DNA of 64,000 bases, taken from the NCBI GenBank assembly GCA_037441385.1, contig JBBISH010000013.1:1-64000 (forward strand), given 5' to 3'. The notes below the pieces were generated by a model that was not told where the DNA came from, searched no databases, and saw only the letters and a program-made list of their open reading frames with translations. Of this stretch, positions 28,833 to 38,253 are shown piece by piece. Numbering within the stretch: the first letter of the stretch is position 1; each line of letters opens with the position of its first letter. This stretch comes from Myxococcales bacterium (lineage in GTDB: Bacteria; Myxococcota_A; UBA9042). The position numbers and the translations under genes are program-made.

Positions 28833-31463
28833 ATGGTGATGGTGCGCCTGCGCTTGCCCTCCAGCCCGCTGCACTGGCTCAGCGTAACCGCGCCCGTGCT
28901 GGGGCTGGTATTTACGGCACTGCTGTTTGCCGTGGGGCGCCAGTCGCAAGAACACCAAGCGGCACTGCGGTTTGCGGCCACCGCGACCGAGGTGCGGGCG
29001 CAACTGCACTCGCAACTGCGCATCTACACCGACTTGCTGCAGGCCGTGCGGGGCATCGCCGAGGCCCAGGGCGGCGACCTGCATCAAGACCAGCTGCAGC
29101 GGTTCTTGGCCAGCGTGGACTTGCAGCACCGCTATGCGGGGCTACTGGGCGTCACCTATGGCATTCCGGTCGCGCCCGAGCAGCGCGAAGAGGCCCTGAG
29201 ACGGCTGCGCAGTGAGCAGGGCAATCCGCAGCTAAACGTGCACCCGGCCTGGGGAACTGGCCCAGATGCCCTGGTGATCCTTGCCGGACCGCTAGAGGGA
29301 AACCGGCTGGCGCTGGGCTTCAATTCGGCGCTCACCGCCGATCAACGCGCGTCGCTGTGGGCGGCCCGCGACCTGGGCACCCTGCAGGGCAGCCAGCCAA
29401 CGCGAGTGGCGCAGGCGCCCGAAGACGGCCCTGGGCTGGTGCTGCGCCTGCCCGTATACCGCCAGCCGTCGGCAACCCTGGCCGAGCGGCGTCAGCACTT
29501 TGTTGGCTACGTCAACGCCGTGATGTTGCTGCGGCATTTGGCGGCGCAAGCGGCCCAGAGGGCCCAAGCCGTGGCGGTGGGCCTGACCTTGGCCGACGTG
29601 ACAGAAGATCAAGCCGCTACTCCATTTTTTGAGGTTGCGCGTCCAACCGTCGGCGCCGTGCGGCGGCTGGCCGCGCCGGCGGGTTTCGTCGACAGCAGCC
29701 AACTGGAGGTGGGCGGGCGGCGCTGGCGCCTGGAACTGCGGGCCGACGAAGCGTTCTACCTGCCCAGCGAGGTCGTGTGGCCCTGGAGTTTGGCGGTGCC
29801 CAGCCTGCTGATCGTGTGGCTGCTCGCCGGTTTGGCCAGCGCGCGCATGACGATGATGCGGCGGGCCCAGGCGCTGGCGGCCGAGATGACCGAGCGACTC
29901 CAGGCCAGCGAGTCGCACATGCGGGCGATCGTCGAGGTGACGCCGGACAAGATCTTTGTGGTGGCGAGCACGGGCGAATTTCTAGAGGTGTGGTCCAAGG
30001 ATCCGCAACCCCTGGCTGCTTCGGCGGCGGCGCTGCTCGGGCACCACTTGCGCGACTTCTTGCCGACCGAGGCCGCCGAGCTGGCCGTGAGCAGCATCGC
30101 CGCTGCGCTGACGACGCGGTCGCTGCGGAGCTTTGAATACACGTTGGCGGGCCGTAGCGGCGCCCGGCAGTTCGAGGCGCTGGTGCTCCCCCTCGACACG
30201 CAAGTGCAGACGCAGACCGCGGCGTTGTGGGTGGCGCGCGACATCACCGAACGCCGGGCCCAAGAGGCGGCCCTGCTACAGACGCAAAAGCTGGACGGAC
30301 TTGGGTTGCTGGCAGGGGGAATTGCTCATGACTTCAACAATCTGCTCGGTGCGGTGCAGGGTCACCTGAGCCTGGCCCGCCTGGCAGTGGCCGACCAGCA
30401 GGACCCCCAGCCACACTTTGACCACATGGGCCAAGCGGTTCGGCGCGCCGCGGACTTGGCGCGGCAGCTTTTGGCCTACGCCGGGCGAGCGCGGGTAGTG
30501 GTCGAGCCGGTGGACCTGAACCGGCTGATTGCCGACATGGGCTCGCTGCTGGCCGTTTCGGTGCCCAAGAAGATCGAGGTGGTGCGGCATCCGGCCACCG
30601 ACCTGCCGCTGATCCAGGCCAATCCTGCGCAACTGCAGCAAGTGGTGATGAACTTGGTCAGCAACGCGGGCGAAGCGATCGGCGACGCGCCGGGGCGCCT
30701 AGAGCTTGCGACCTCGCTTTGTACCTTGAGCGCTGCGGACATCGAGCGGCGCCTGCCTGGTCAAAGCCTGGAGCCGGGCCCCTATGTCTGCCTGATGGCT
30801 CGCGACACCGGCCAGGGCATGCCGGCCGAAGTCCTGGCGCGCCTGTTCGACCCCTTCTTTACGACCAAGCCCTCTGGGCGCGGACTGGGCCTGTCGGTTG
30901 TGCTGGGCGTCATGCGCTCGCACCGTGGTGGCGTGCAGGTGGAATCGCAACCGGGCAGGGGCACCACCTTCTACCTGTTCTTCAATGCCGACTTCCGCGC
31001 CGCCGAAGCAGTCGCCGCCGTCGCCCCGCTCGCCCCGCCGCGCCGCACCGACACCGCGCCGCTGGCCGGTACCCTGCTGGTGGCCGACGACGAAGAGATC
31101 CTGCGCGAAGTCGCCCAGCGCATGGGTGAGCGGCTGGGTCTGCGGGTGCAAGTGGCGGCCGATGGCTTGCAGGCTTGGAGTCGTTTTTGCGAGTTGCAGG
31201 GCGGCGACTTGCGGGCACTGCTGCTGGATCTGACCATGCCCGGCCTGAGCGGGCTGGAGGTATACCGGCGCGTGCGCGAAGTGGCGCCCACCCTGCCCGT
31301 GGTGCTGAGCAGTGGCTACAGCCGCGACGAACTGCCGACCGAGCCGACCGGCACGCCCACCGCCTTCTTGCAGAAGCCTTTTACGTACACTGAGTTTTCG
31401 GCAGCACTCCGGTCGGTGTGGCCGGCTGACCCGCAGCCCCCAGCGCCCCAGCCGCAAAATTGA
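28833..31463 (+). CDS. Hybrid sensor histidine kinase (CHASE-PAS-HisKA-HATPase-REC)
   Basis: Two TM helices around a CHASE-like domain; AGGIAHDFNNLL, NLVSNA, DTGQG, FDPFFTTK, LLDLTMP, KPF. Confidence 0.92.
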   Translation: MVMVRLRLPSSPLHWLSVTAPVLGLVFTALLFAVGRQSQEHQAALRFAATATEVRAQLHSQLRIYTDLLQAVRGIAEAQGGDLHQDQLQRFLASVDLQHRYAGLLGVTYGIPVAPEQREEALRRLRSEQGNPQLNVHPAWGTGPDALVILAGPLEGNRLALGFNSALTADQRASLWAARDLGTLQGSQPTRVAQAPEDGPGLVLRLPVYRQPSATLAERRQHFVGYVNAVMLLRHLAAQAAQRAQAVAVGLTLADVTEDQAATPFFEVARPTVGAVRRLAAPAGFVDSSQLEVGGRRWRLELRADEAFYLPSEVVWPWSLAVPSLLIVWLLAGLASARMTMMRRAQALAAEMTERLQASESHMRAIVEVTPDKIFVVASTGEFLEVWSKDPQPLAASAAALLGHHLRDFLPTEAAELAVSSIAAALTTRSLRSFEYTLAGRSGARQFEALVLPLDTQVQTQTAALWVARDITERRAQEAALLQTQKLDGLGLLAGGIAHDFNNLLGAVQGHLSLARLAVADQQDPQPHFDHMGQAVRRAADLARQLLAYAGRARVVVEPVDLNRLIADMGSLLAVSVPKKIEVVRHPATDLPLIQANPAQLQQVVMNLVSNAGEAIGDAPGRLELATSLCTLSAADIERRLPGQSLEPGPYVCLMARDTGQGMPAEVLARLFDPFFTTKPSGRGLGLSVVLGVMRSHRGGVQVESQPGRGTTFYLFFNADFRAAEAVAAVAPLAPPRRTDTAPLAGTLLVADDEEILREVAQRMGERLGLRVQVAADGLQAWSRFCELQGGDLRALLLDLTMPGLSGLEVYRRVREVAPTLPVVLSSGYSRDELPTEPTGTPTAFLQKPFTYTEFSAALRSVWPADPQPPAPQPQN

Positions 31464-31481
31464 CCCAGACGAATTATCCTG

Positions 31482-31518
31482 TTGCGTGAGCAAAAAGGAA
31501 TACTGTATACATACGGTA
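31482..31518 (+). promoter_or_regulatory. Putative promoter with 18-bp near-palindromic operator abutting the start codon
   Basis: TTGCGT-N18-TATACA; TACTGTAT-AC-ATACGGTA (31501-31518) ends on the A of the ATG. Confidence 0.4.
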
Positions 31519-33494
31519 TGGCGACGAACCAAGCTCAATCCGCTCCTGCTCAAGCAACCCCCTCTGCGGCCAAGCCGGCGGCGCGGCCCACCGCCAATCC
31601 AGGCGGATTGCAGACGATGAGTTACGCCCAAGGCAAGGCGGCCACCGCCCCGTCGGGCGCGGGTGCACCGCCAGACCCGGCCGCGCTCAACTACGCCCAG
31701 GGCCGGGCCCAAGTCGCACCGCCGCCCGCCGATCCCGAAGCGGCGCGCATGCAGGCGGCCCAGGCCAGCTATCAGCAGTTGCTGGGGCAAGCGCTGGGCG
31801 ACAAGCTGTTTGCCCTGGTGACCAAGGATTTGTCCAGCGCCAAGCTGTTGGAGATGGGCGATCAGGGGTTGCAGGCCGCCGCCGCGGCTGCCGTGGGCGC
31901 GATCGGACCGATCGCCGGCAACCAGGCGCTGGACACGGCCGAAGAGGCGGATGCCGCCAAGCAATTTGCCGGGGCGCTGGCGGATTGGTCGCGGGGGGCG
32001 GCCGCGCAGTGGTTGCAGGGTCCCGAAGGCCAGGCGTTGGCCACCAAGATCGCCCAATTCGCCCAGGGACACCCGGAAGCGGTGGTCGCGGCTGCCTTGG
32101 TGGCAGCGGCCGGCGCGGCGGCGGCCAATGCAAGCATTCCCAAGCTGGCCAAGGACTTCCAGATCAGCGACAGCGTCACGGTGTCGGCCGGCGTCGATCT
32201 GGGCAAGCTGCGGCAGATCGCCGTCAACGCCGCCGACCTGGGCATCCGCTACCAGCGCGGCGAGGTCGAGGCGGCCTTGACGTGGTCGACGACCAAGGGC
32301 GCCGACGGCAACCCCGACACGCAGAAACTGGCGGCCAAGGTGGGCAACAAGACCACCTCGCTCAGCGGCGACATGACCGTCACGGGCAACGAAGTGGTCA
32401 TCAACACGGCCGCCAGCCACCAGGGCGACGGCTACAACGTCAGCGGCGGCACCCAGACCACCAAGACCGCCGACGGCAGCCGCACCACGGTGGCCAACGC
32501 CACGGTATCGATCGGCGGCCAAGAGAAGAACCTGACCGCCAACGCCAAGTACGACAGCTCGAGCGGCGAATTGCGCTTGGACGCCAACGCCGTCCGCGAC
32601 TTTGGCAACGGCCTGAAGATGCAGGGCGGGGTCGCCGGCACCCGCGACGCCAGCGGCACCACCAGCGCCACCGCCAACGGCGCGTTGAACTACCAGGGCA
32701 ACGGCAACACGCTGGATCTCGGCGCCAACGCCGACCTGATGGGCGGGGCAATGGGCGTCAACGCCGCGGCCTCGCACACGTTCGACAAGGGCAGCGTCAG
32801 CGGCAAGCTGGGCATGGACGCGCAAAATGGCCTGAGCGCGGAGCTGGCCGGCAGCCGCCAGTTCGACAAGGGCTCGGTGTCGGGTTCGGTGGCCTATTCC
32901 GACCAGGGTGGCACCTCGGCCAAGGTCGCGGCGGACACCACCTTGGACAACGGCCTGAAGATGCAGCTGACGGCCCTGCTGGACCAAGCTGGCGTGGTCA
33001 AGGCTTCCGCTTCGGCCGAGGGCAGTTGGGGCGACTTTACCGGCAAGGCCTCGGCCGACTTGAACCTGAGCACCGGCCAGGTCGAAGCGCTGGCGGTGCA
33101 GCTGGGCTACAAGGATCCGAACAACCTGCGCAGCGCGCTGCTGGACTTCAAGCGCAGCTACGCGGGCGGCGTGGCCGAAGACCAGTTCGACCTGCAACTG
33201 CAGATGGCGTTGGACAAGCTCACGTTGCGCGGCTCGAACCAGTCCCACCTGATCGACGGCAAGCTGCAGAGCAACGTGGCCCACGTGGAAGCGGGCTACA
33301 AGCTGAGCGAGGACGTGACCGCCATCGCCGGCGTGCGTCACGGCTTTGAGGATCCGCAAGCGTCGAGCGTGCTCGTCGACCGCAACAAGGGCACGTGGCT
33401 CGAGGCCGGCGTGCAGGTCAAGGGCGTGCCGCTGGTGGTGGGTTACCGCCCCGAAGACGGCAGCGTCAGCGTGGGCGTGACGATCCCATTCTAA
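31518..33494 (+). CDS. Hypothetical protein: helical N-region plus long amphipathic beta-strand region ending in Phe
   Basis: Strong GC3 codon bias; alternating G/A/S/T-hydrophobic strands; ends SVGVTIPF; no evident signal peptide. Confidence 0.8.
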   Translation: MATNQAQSAPAQATPSAAKPAARPTANPGGLQTMSYAQGKAATAPSGAGAPPDPAALNYAQGRAQVAPPPADPEAARMQAAQASYQQLLGQALGDKLFALVTKDLSSAKLLEMGDQGLQAAAAAAVGAIGPIAGNQALDTAEEADAAKQFAGALADWSRGAAAQWLQGPEGQALATKIAQFAQGHPEAVVAAALVAAAGAAAANASIPKLAKDFQISDSVTVSAGVDLGKLRQIAVNAADLGIRYQRGEVEAALTWSTTKGADGNPDTQKLAAKVGNKTTSLSGDMTVTGNEVVINTAASHQGDGYNVSGGTQTTKTADGSRTTVANATVSIGGQEKNLTANAKYDSSSGELRLDANAVRDFGNGLKMQGGVAGTRDASGTTSATANGALNYQGNGNTLDLGANADLMGGAMGVNAAASHTFDKGSVSGKLGMDAQNGLSAELAGSRQFDKGSVSGSVAYSDQGGTSAKVAADTTLDNGLKMQLTALLDQAGVVKASASAEGSWGDFTGKASADLNLSTGQVEALAVQLGYKDPNNLRSALLDFKRSYAGGVAEDQFDLQLQMALDKLTLRGSNQSHLIDGKLQSNVAHVEAGYKLSEDVTAIAGVRHGFEDPQASSVLVDRNKGTWLEAGVQVKGVPLVVGYRPEDGSVSVGVTIPF

Positions 33495-33502
33495 CCGCCT
33501 GA

Positions 33503-33634
33503 TACCAGTTCCGTCCAAATCGGCTCGAAAACTTCGGCAATTCTTCGGGCCCGAATCGGGGTCCCCGCCTGATTCTCGCCGGTTGCAGACCAGGTCAGCG
33601 GAACCGTACACGCGTGAATCAGACGGGGTTCGTA
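33503..33634 (+). mobile_element. 132-bp MITE (family A) copy 3
   Basis: Flanked by TGA on both sides (33500-33502, 33635-33637); between convergent genes. Confidence 0.88.
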
Positions 33635-33710
33635 TGATCAACCCCAACTCACAGCCGCCGGACGCAGCACCGCACGCCAAGCCGGCCATGCGGTGCGCGC
33701 CAGACGCGGA

Positions 33711-34040
33711 CTACTTCACGTTGGCCGGGCCTTTGGCCTTCAGGCACGCGGACATGTACTTCTTCTGATCGTCGCCCTTGAGCCCCTTCTCTTTGGCGGC
33801 CTTGGCGCAAGCACCCATGGCTTCCTTGGGCGGCAGCTCCTTCTTGTCGCCGGCGGGGGCGTCAGCGGGCTTGGTCTTGAGGCACTCGGACATGAACTTC
33901 TTGCGCTCGTCGCCCTTGAGTGCCTTGTCGGTCGCCTGCTTGTTGCAGTCCTTCATCTTGTCTTGCTGGGCGCCGGCATAAGCCGAGGCAGCGGCGAGCG
34001 ACAACGAAGCGACGATCGCCGCCGAAAGAAGCTTGTGCAT
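33711..34040 (-). CDS. psiF: PsiF-repeat secreted protein
   Basis: Signal peptide; QQDKMKDCNKQA...LKGDERKKFMSECLK and a second repeat. Confidence 0.85.
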   Translation of the reverse strand: MHKLLSAAIVASLSLAAASAYAGAQQDKMKDCNKQATDKALKGDERKKFMSECLKTKPADAPAGDKKELPPKEAMGACAKAAKEKGLKGDDQKKYMSACLKAKGPANVK

Positions 34041-34215
34041 GGATAGTTCCTTGGTTTGAAAGGGTATGCTTGAAAGCGTAGATGCCAACAACGCGCAGCA
34101 CCGGCAGCCGCCGGCCTGCGTTGCGCCGCGTTTGGGCGTCACTGCCAGAGTGTAGCGCCGCGAACCGCCTATGCAAGCGCCAGCGACTCGGCTAACGTGA
34201 CCGCCGGAGGAGCCG

Positions 34216-34584
34216 ATGCGCTGGACGACGAGCGAGTGCCACTGGCGCGATACCCTGCTGGCCGGGATCCTGCCGGCAGGAGAGCGCCACGGCGGGGTCG
34301 TGTCGCTCGATCTTGAGGAGTTTTGGTCGACTTTTGCCGAACGTGCGCCCCGCGACCTGCGTCTGGTCTGGCGCCTCAGCGTGTGGCTACTGACGTGGTG
34401 GGCGGTGGTCCAGGCCGGGCGGCCGCTGCATGCCTTGCAAGCGCCACAGCGCGAACGGCTGCTGCAGAGCTGGGCCGACTCGCCCAACTACTTGCTACGG
34501 CAAATGGTGATGCTGGCCAAGACTATCGCCGCATGGGCGCTGCTGGCCGACGGCGGAACGCGCCAGCGACTGCAGATTCGCTGA
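34216..34584 (+). CDS. Hypothetical protein (resembles small partners of GMC oxidoreductases)
   Basis: GGAGG RBS; RERLLQSWADSPNYLLRQ...K pattern. Confidence 0.5.
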   Translation: MRWTTSECHWRDTLLAGILPAGERHGGVVSLDLEEFWSTFAERAPRDLRLVWRLSVWLLTWWAVVQAGRPLHALQAPQRERLLQSWADSPNYLLRQMVMLAKTIAAWALLADGGTRQRLQIR

Positions 34585-34602
34585 ATTAGCAAGAGTTTGC
34601 AG

Positions 34603-36093
34603 CTACTTGGGCAGCAACGCTTCGAACACGTCTTGCTCGCAACGCGTCGTGGCTTGGCTCATGGCGCTGCGCAAGCGGTCGCCGAACTCGGGCTCGCGGG
34701 GAATGGACTCGTCGATGAACGAGAGCAATTCTTCGGCAGGGATGCCGCGGCTACACACCACGCCGACCAAGCTGCCCAGGCAGCGGCGACCGTGAGGCAG
34801 CGAGACCACCATCGCCATCAGCTCGTGCGAAGCGTAGTTCGACACGGCGGCCGAGAGCATGTCGCAATCGTCGTTCTTGGCCACCAACCAGCGCGCCAGC
34901 GCCAAGTCGACGATGGTGCGGTTTTTCAGGGACCAAAAGCCGTCGGTAAAGCTCGGGTGCACCAGCGGCGACGACAGCAGCGCGCCGCACGCCGCCTCGG
35001 GACTGCCCGTGGCCGGCCGCGCGGCCGCCACACAACGGTCGATGGTGATCTGCATGTCGGGTTCGGTGGCCTCGGTGGCGCTGGCCAGGACCAGGCGGTC
35101 GACCCAGCTCATGCCCGACTCGGCGTTGGCGACCACGGGAGCCACGCGATGGCCGACCCAGGTGCTCCACAATTCGGCCCGCGTGGGGTGAGCGCCAAAC
35201 GGCTCCATGCCTCTAGCAGCATCCTCTGCCAGGTCGGCGACCATCTCGGCGTCGCGCCAGGTGGCCATGTGCACATAGCGGCACTGGTCGATGCCCGTGC
35301 GCTTGCGGTCCAGCGAGGTCAGCGCCAGCCATTTCTTGGCCGCCGCCAGCTCGGCGGGGTCTTTGAAGCGGCGGGCAAACACGCCGTCGACCTGGTCGCA
35401 GGCCAGCTCGGCAACCCGCGCCGTCGCCGCAGGTTTCAGGCCGTCGCGGCCCAGGTTGAAGCCTGGGCGCTCAAACCGCACCAAGTGCGGACGCGCGACG
35501 CCACTGCGGGCAAGCCAGTCCATGTCGCGGCGCAGGCGGATCTGGTCGCGCGGCGTCAGTTCGTCGCCGCCGTCGATGATGAGGATCCAATCAGGTCCCA
35601 GGGCTTCTTGCAGCTGGCGTGCTGGGTCGTCGCCGGGCGGTGTGCCGACGGCTTCCAAGAGCACCGCCGCGATCGCCGGCAGCTTGGCCGTGGCCGTGGC
35701 GAAGTGGGGCGCCAAGTCCAGCTCGCAGTCAACGCGCACGGTCAGGGCCTTGCCGCAGATCTTGCTTTGCACCGAGTCGGCCAAGCGGCTTTTGCCCGAA
35801 CCGCCGCGACCAAGCACCCACGTCTCTTGGCCCGACTCGCCGGCCAAGATCTTGACCGCCAAGCTCTCTTCGCTGACGGTCTCGACCGCATCGCCTTGTT
35901 TCCAGGTGACCTGGATTGGCACATGCCGCCCCGACTCGACTTTGGCATTGAAGCTGCGCACCAACCGATCGCAGCCATACGCCAGTTTTTCGGGGATGGG
36001 AGCCGGGACACGCGCGGCACCGCTGCAGGCCGCCAAGCCAAACGCCGCCAACACCGGGACCAGACCATGAGCGAAGTGCGAGATCCGTTTCAT
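34603..36093 (-). CDS. Lipoprotein with NACHT-like P-loop NTPase motifs
   Basis: Lipobox LAAC; GRGGSGKS Walker A; LIIDGGDE Walker B. Confidence 0.7.
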   Translation of the reverse strand: MKRISHFAHGLVPVLAAFGLAACSGAARVPAPIPEKLAYGCDRLVRSFNAKVESGRHVPIQVTWKQGDAVETVSEESLAVKILAGESGQETWVLGRGGSGKSRLADSVQSKICGKALTVRVDCELDLAPHFATATAKLPAIAAVLLEAVGTPPGDDPARQLQEALGPDWILIIDGGDELTPRDQIRLRRDMDWLARSGVARPHLVRFERPGFNLGRDGLKPAATARVAELACDQVDGVFARRFKDPAELAAAKKWLALTSLDRKRTGIDQCRYVHMATWRDAEMVADLAEDAARGMEPFGAHPTRAELWSTWVGHRVAPVVANAESGMSWVDRLVLASATEATEPDMQITIDRCVAAARPATGSPEAACGALLSSPLVHPSFTDGFWSLKNRTIVDLALARWLVAKNDDCDMLSAAVSNYASHELMAMVVSLPHGRRCLGSLVGVVCSRGIPAEELLSFIDESIPREPEFGDRLRSAMSQATTRCEQDVFEALLPK

Positions 36094-36146
36094 GCGGCTA
36101 GGGTAGCAGCGCACCCCAGGCGGCACAAGACCGGCCGTGGGCGCGG

Positions 36147-36175
36147 TTGCCGTCTGGTGCGGGGGTGCGTATGCT
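36147..36175 (+). promoter_or_regulatory. Putative sigma70 promoter of the Cys-rich lipoprotein gene
   Basis: TTGCCG-N17-TATGCT in the divergent intergenic region. Confidence 0.45.
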
Positions 36176-36259
36176 GAGTGGGTGCGCCCTTGCAAAGGCG
36201 GCCGCCGCGCCGTTGGCAAGGTCCTTGGAACCTGCATTCGATCCAGGAGCTTTCCGCCC

Positions 36260-38224
36260 ATGCCCAGAGCAACTGTGCCCAGCGCCAAGAGCCCCTCGCA
36301 CGTCGGCCGCCGCACCGGGTCGCCGGTGGTTGTCGGCGTACTTCTTGCCTTGCTGGCGGGCCTGCTCGGCGGCTGCGGCGAAGAAACGGTGGGCGGCACG
36401 GTGGTCAAGTCGGACACCAACCTCTTTGGGGGGAGCGACAGCACCCTGGGCGACGACCTGCAGGTGTTCCCCGGCGGCGACACGGTGAGCGGCGACGGGG
36501 GCGGCAGCGGCGGCGACATCGCGATTGCGCCGGGCGAGTTCGGTTACAAGTGCGCCACCAACAACGAGTGCAACAGCGGCCTGTGCGTGGACAGCCCCAA
36601 CGGCAAGATCTGCACCAAGTACTGCACCGAGGCCTGCCCCAAGGGCTTTGCGTGCATCGAAGAGGTCATCCCCGGCACCACGGACAAGGGCTACTATTGT
36701 TCGCCCAAGTTCAAGTACGTCTGCGATCCGTGCAGCGGCAACGACACCTGCAACGACCAGGGCCAGGCCGGCGCGGTGTGCATGAAGCTCAAGACCAACG
36801 CGGGCATGCTCGGCGGTTTCTGCGGCGTGAAGTGCAATCCGCAAAATCCCGATTGCCCAAGCGGCTTTGACTGCCAGTCGTGGACCGACGAAGAGACGGG
36901 ATTGTCCACCTACCAGTGCATGCGCGTGGACGGAGCCGATTGCGATTGCTCCGGTCACGCCCAGGCCCTGGGCCTCAAGACCGCCTGCACGCGCAAGAAC
37001 GTGTACGGCAGTTGCAGCGGCTGGCGGCAGTGCACCGAGACGGGGCTGTCGTCGTGCACGGCCAAGTCGGCGAAGCCAGAGGAGTGCAACGGCCAGGACG
37101 ACGACTGCAACGGCAAGACCGACGACTTCCAGGCAGGCGCCAGCTGCGACATCAAGAACGAGTTCGGCACCTGCAAGGGTCAGGTCAAAGAATGCGTAGA
37201 CGGCCAGCCGATTTGCGATGGCACGCCCGCCAAGCCCGAGGCGTGCAACGGCGTGGACGACAACTGCGACGGCAAGACCGACGAGGGCCTGTGCGAGGAC
37301 GGCGACCCCTGCACGAGCGACAAATGCAACACCGACGGCTCGTGCCAGCACATTCAGCTGGGCGGCCTGCCGTGCGACGACGGCTCGATCTGCACCAAGA
37401 CCGACAAGTGCGTGTCCGGCAAGTGCTTTGGCGGCGGCGAGCTGGACTGCGACGACAAAGACGCGTGCACGGCTGACTCGTGCAACCCGATCGACGGCTG
37501 CCAACACAAGCCCAGCAGCGATGCCGTTTGCCCGGACGATGGCATCGAGTGCACCCAGGACCTGTGCAAGGACGGCAAGTGCCAGCACCCGCAGGCCAGC
37601 GACGGCACCAAGTGCAGCGAAGATGGCCAGCCCTGCACCGCCGACATCTGCCAGGCGGGCAAGTGCGCGCACCCGGTCCAAGAGGGCAACCCGTGCGTCG
37701 ACGACGGCAAGGCCTGCACCACCGACCTGTGCGTCGCCGGAAAGTGCACCCACACGCCCGCCAGCGGCACGCCGTGCGACGACGGCAAGATCTGCACCGA
37801 GGGCGACGTCTGCCTGTCCGGCGCGTGCAAGGCCGGCAAGTTGAACCTGTGCGACGACGGCCAGCCCTGCACCAAAGACGCCTGCATCGAAGGCGCCGGC
37901 TGCAGTCACGACCCACAAGGCGCCAACGGGGCGTCGTGCACCGCGCCGTCGGCCGACTGCCCGGCGGGCCAGTGCGTCGGCGGCTCGTGCCTGTCGGTCC
38001 CCAGCAAGCTGTGCTTCTACGAGTACGACCCCGGCCTGTGCGGCGACCCGGTGCAGTTGCCCGGCTACTGCGCGTCGAGCGGCAAGTGCACCCCCGACAA
38101 GAATGCTGCGCAACAGGCCCAGAACAAGGTCACTTGCACGATCCCCTGCAAGTCGGTGTGTGTCGCCTGCAGCCTTGGCGGCTTCCCGATTCAGCTATGC
38201 CTGGACGGCCTGTTCGGCTTCTGA
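36260..38224 (+). CDS. Cys-rich repeat surface lipoprotein (MopE-like PExCNGxDDxC and CDDGxxCTxD repeats)
   Basis: Lipobox LGGC; two PE.CNG.DD.C units and about ten C.DDG..CT.D.C units; AGGAG upstream. Confidence 0.85.
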   Translation: MPRATVPSAKSPSHVGRRTGSPVVVGVLLALLAGLLGGCGEETVGGTVVKSDTNLFGGSDSTLGDDLQVFPGGDTVSGDGGGSGGDIAIAPGEFGYKCATNNECNSGLCVDSPNGKICTKYCTEACPKGFACIEEVIPGTTDKGYYCSPKFKYVCDPCSGNDTCNDQGQAGAVCMKLKTNAGMLGGFCGVKCNPQNPDCPSGFDCQSWTDEETGLSTYQCMRVDGADCDCSGHAQALGLKTACTRKNVYGSCSGWRQCTETGLSSCTAKSAKPEECNGQDDDCNGKTDDFQAGASCDIKNEFGTCKGQVKECVDGQPICDGTPAKPEACNGVDDNCDGKTDEGLCEDGDPCTSDKCNTDGSCQHIQLGGLPCDDGSICTKTDKCVSGKCFGGGELDCDDKDACTADSCNPIDGCQHKPSSDAVCPDDGIECTQDLCKDGKCQHPQASDGTKCSEDGQPCTADICQAGKCAHPVQEGNPCVDDGKACTTDLCVAGKCTHTPASGTPCDDGKICTEGDVCLSGACKAGKLNLCDDGQPCTKDACIEGAGCSHDPQGANGASCTAPSADCPAGQCVGGSCLSVPSKLCFYEYDPGLCGDPVQLPGYCASSGKCTPDKNAAQQAQNKVTCTIPCKSVCVACSLGGFPIQLCLDGLFGF

Positions 38225-38253
38225 TCGTTCGCTGAATTTCCCTGGAGTTTCGC

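Noticed and set aside
31501..31518. E. coli-type LexA SOS box
   Set aside because: Spacing is CTG-N8-CGG, not CTG-N10-CAG; kept only as a generic operator.
36162..36173. Sixth MITE-A copy (GGGGTGCGTATG matches the right end)
   Set aside because: Only 12 bp match; better explained as part of a TTGCCG-N17-TATGCT promoter.
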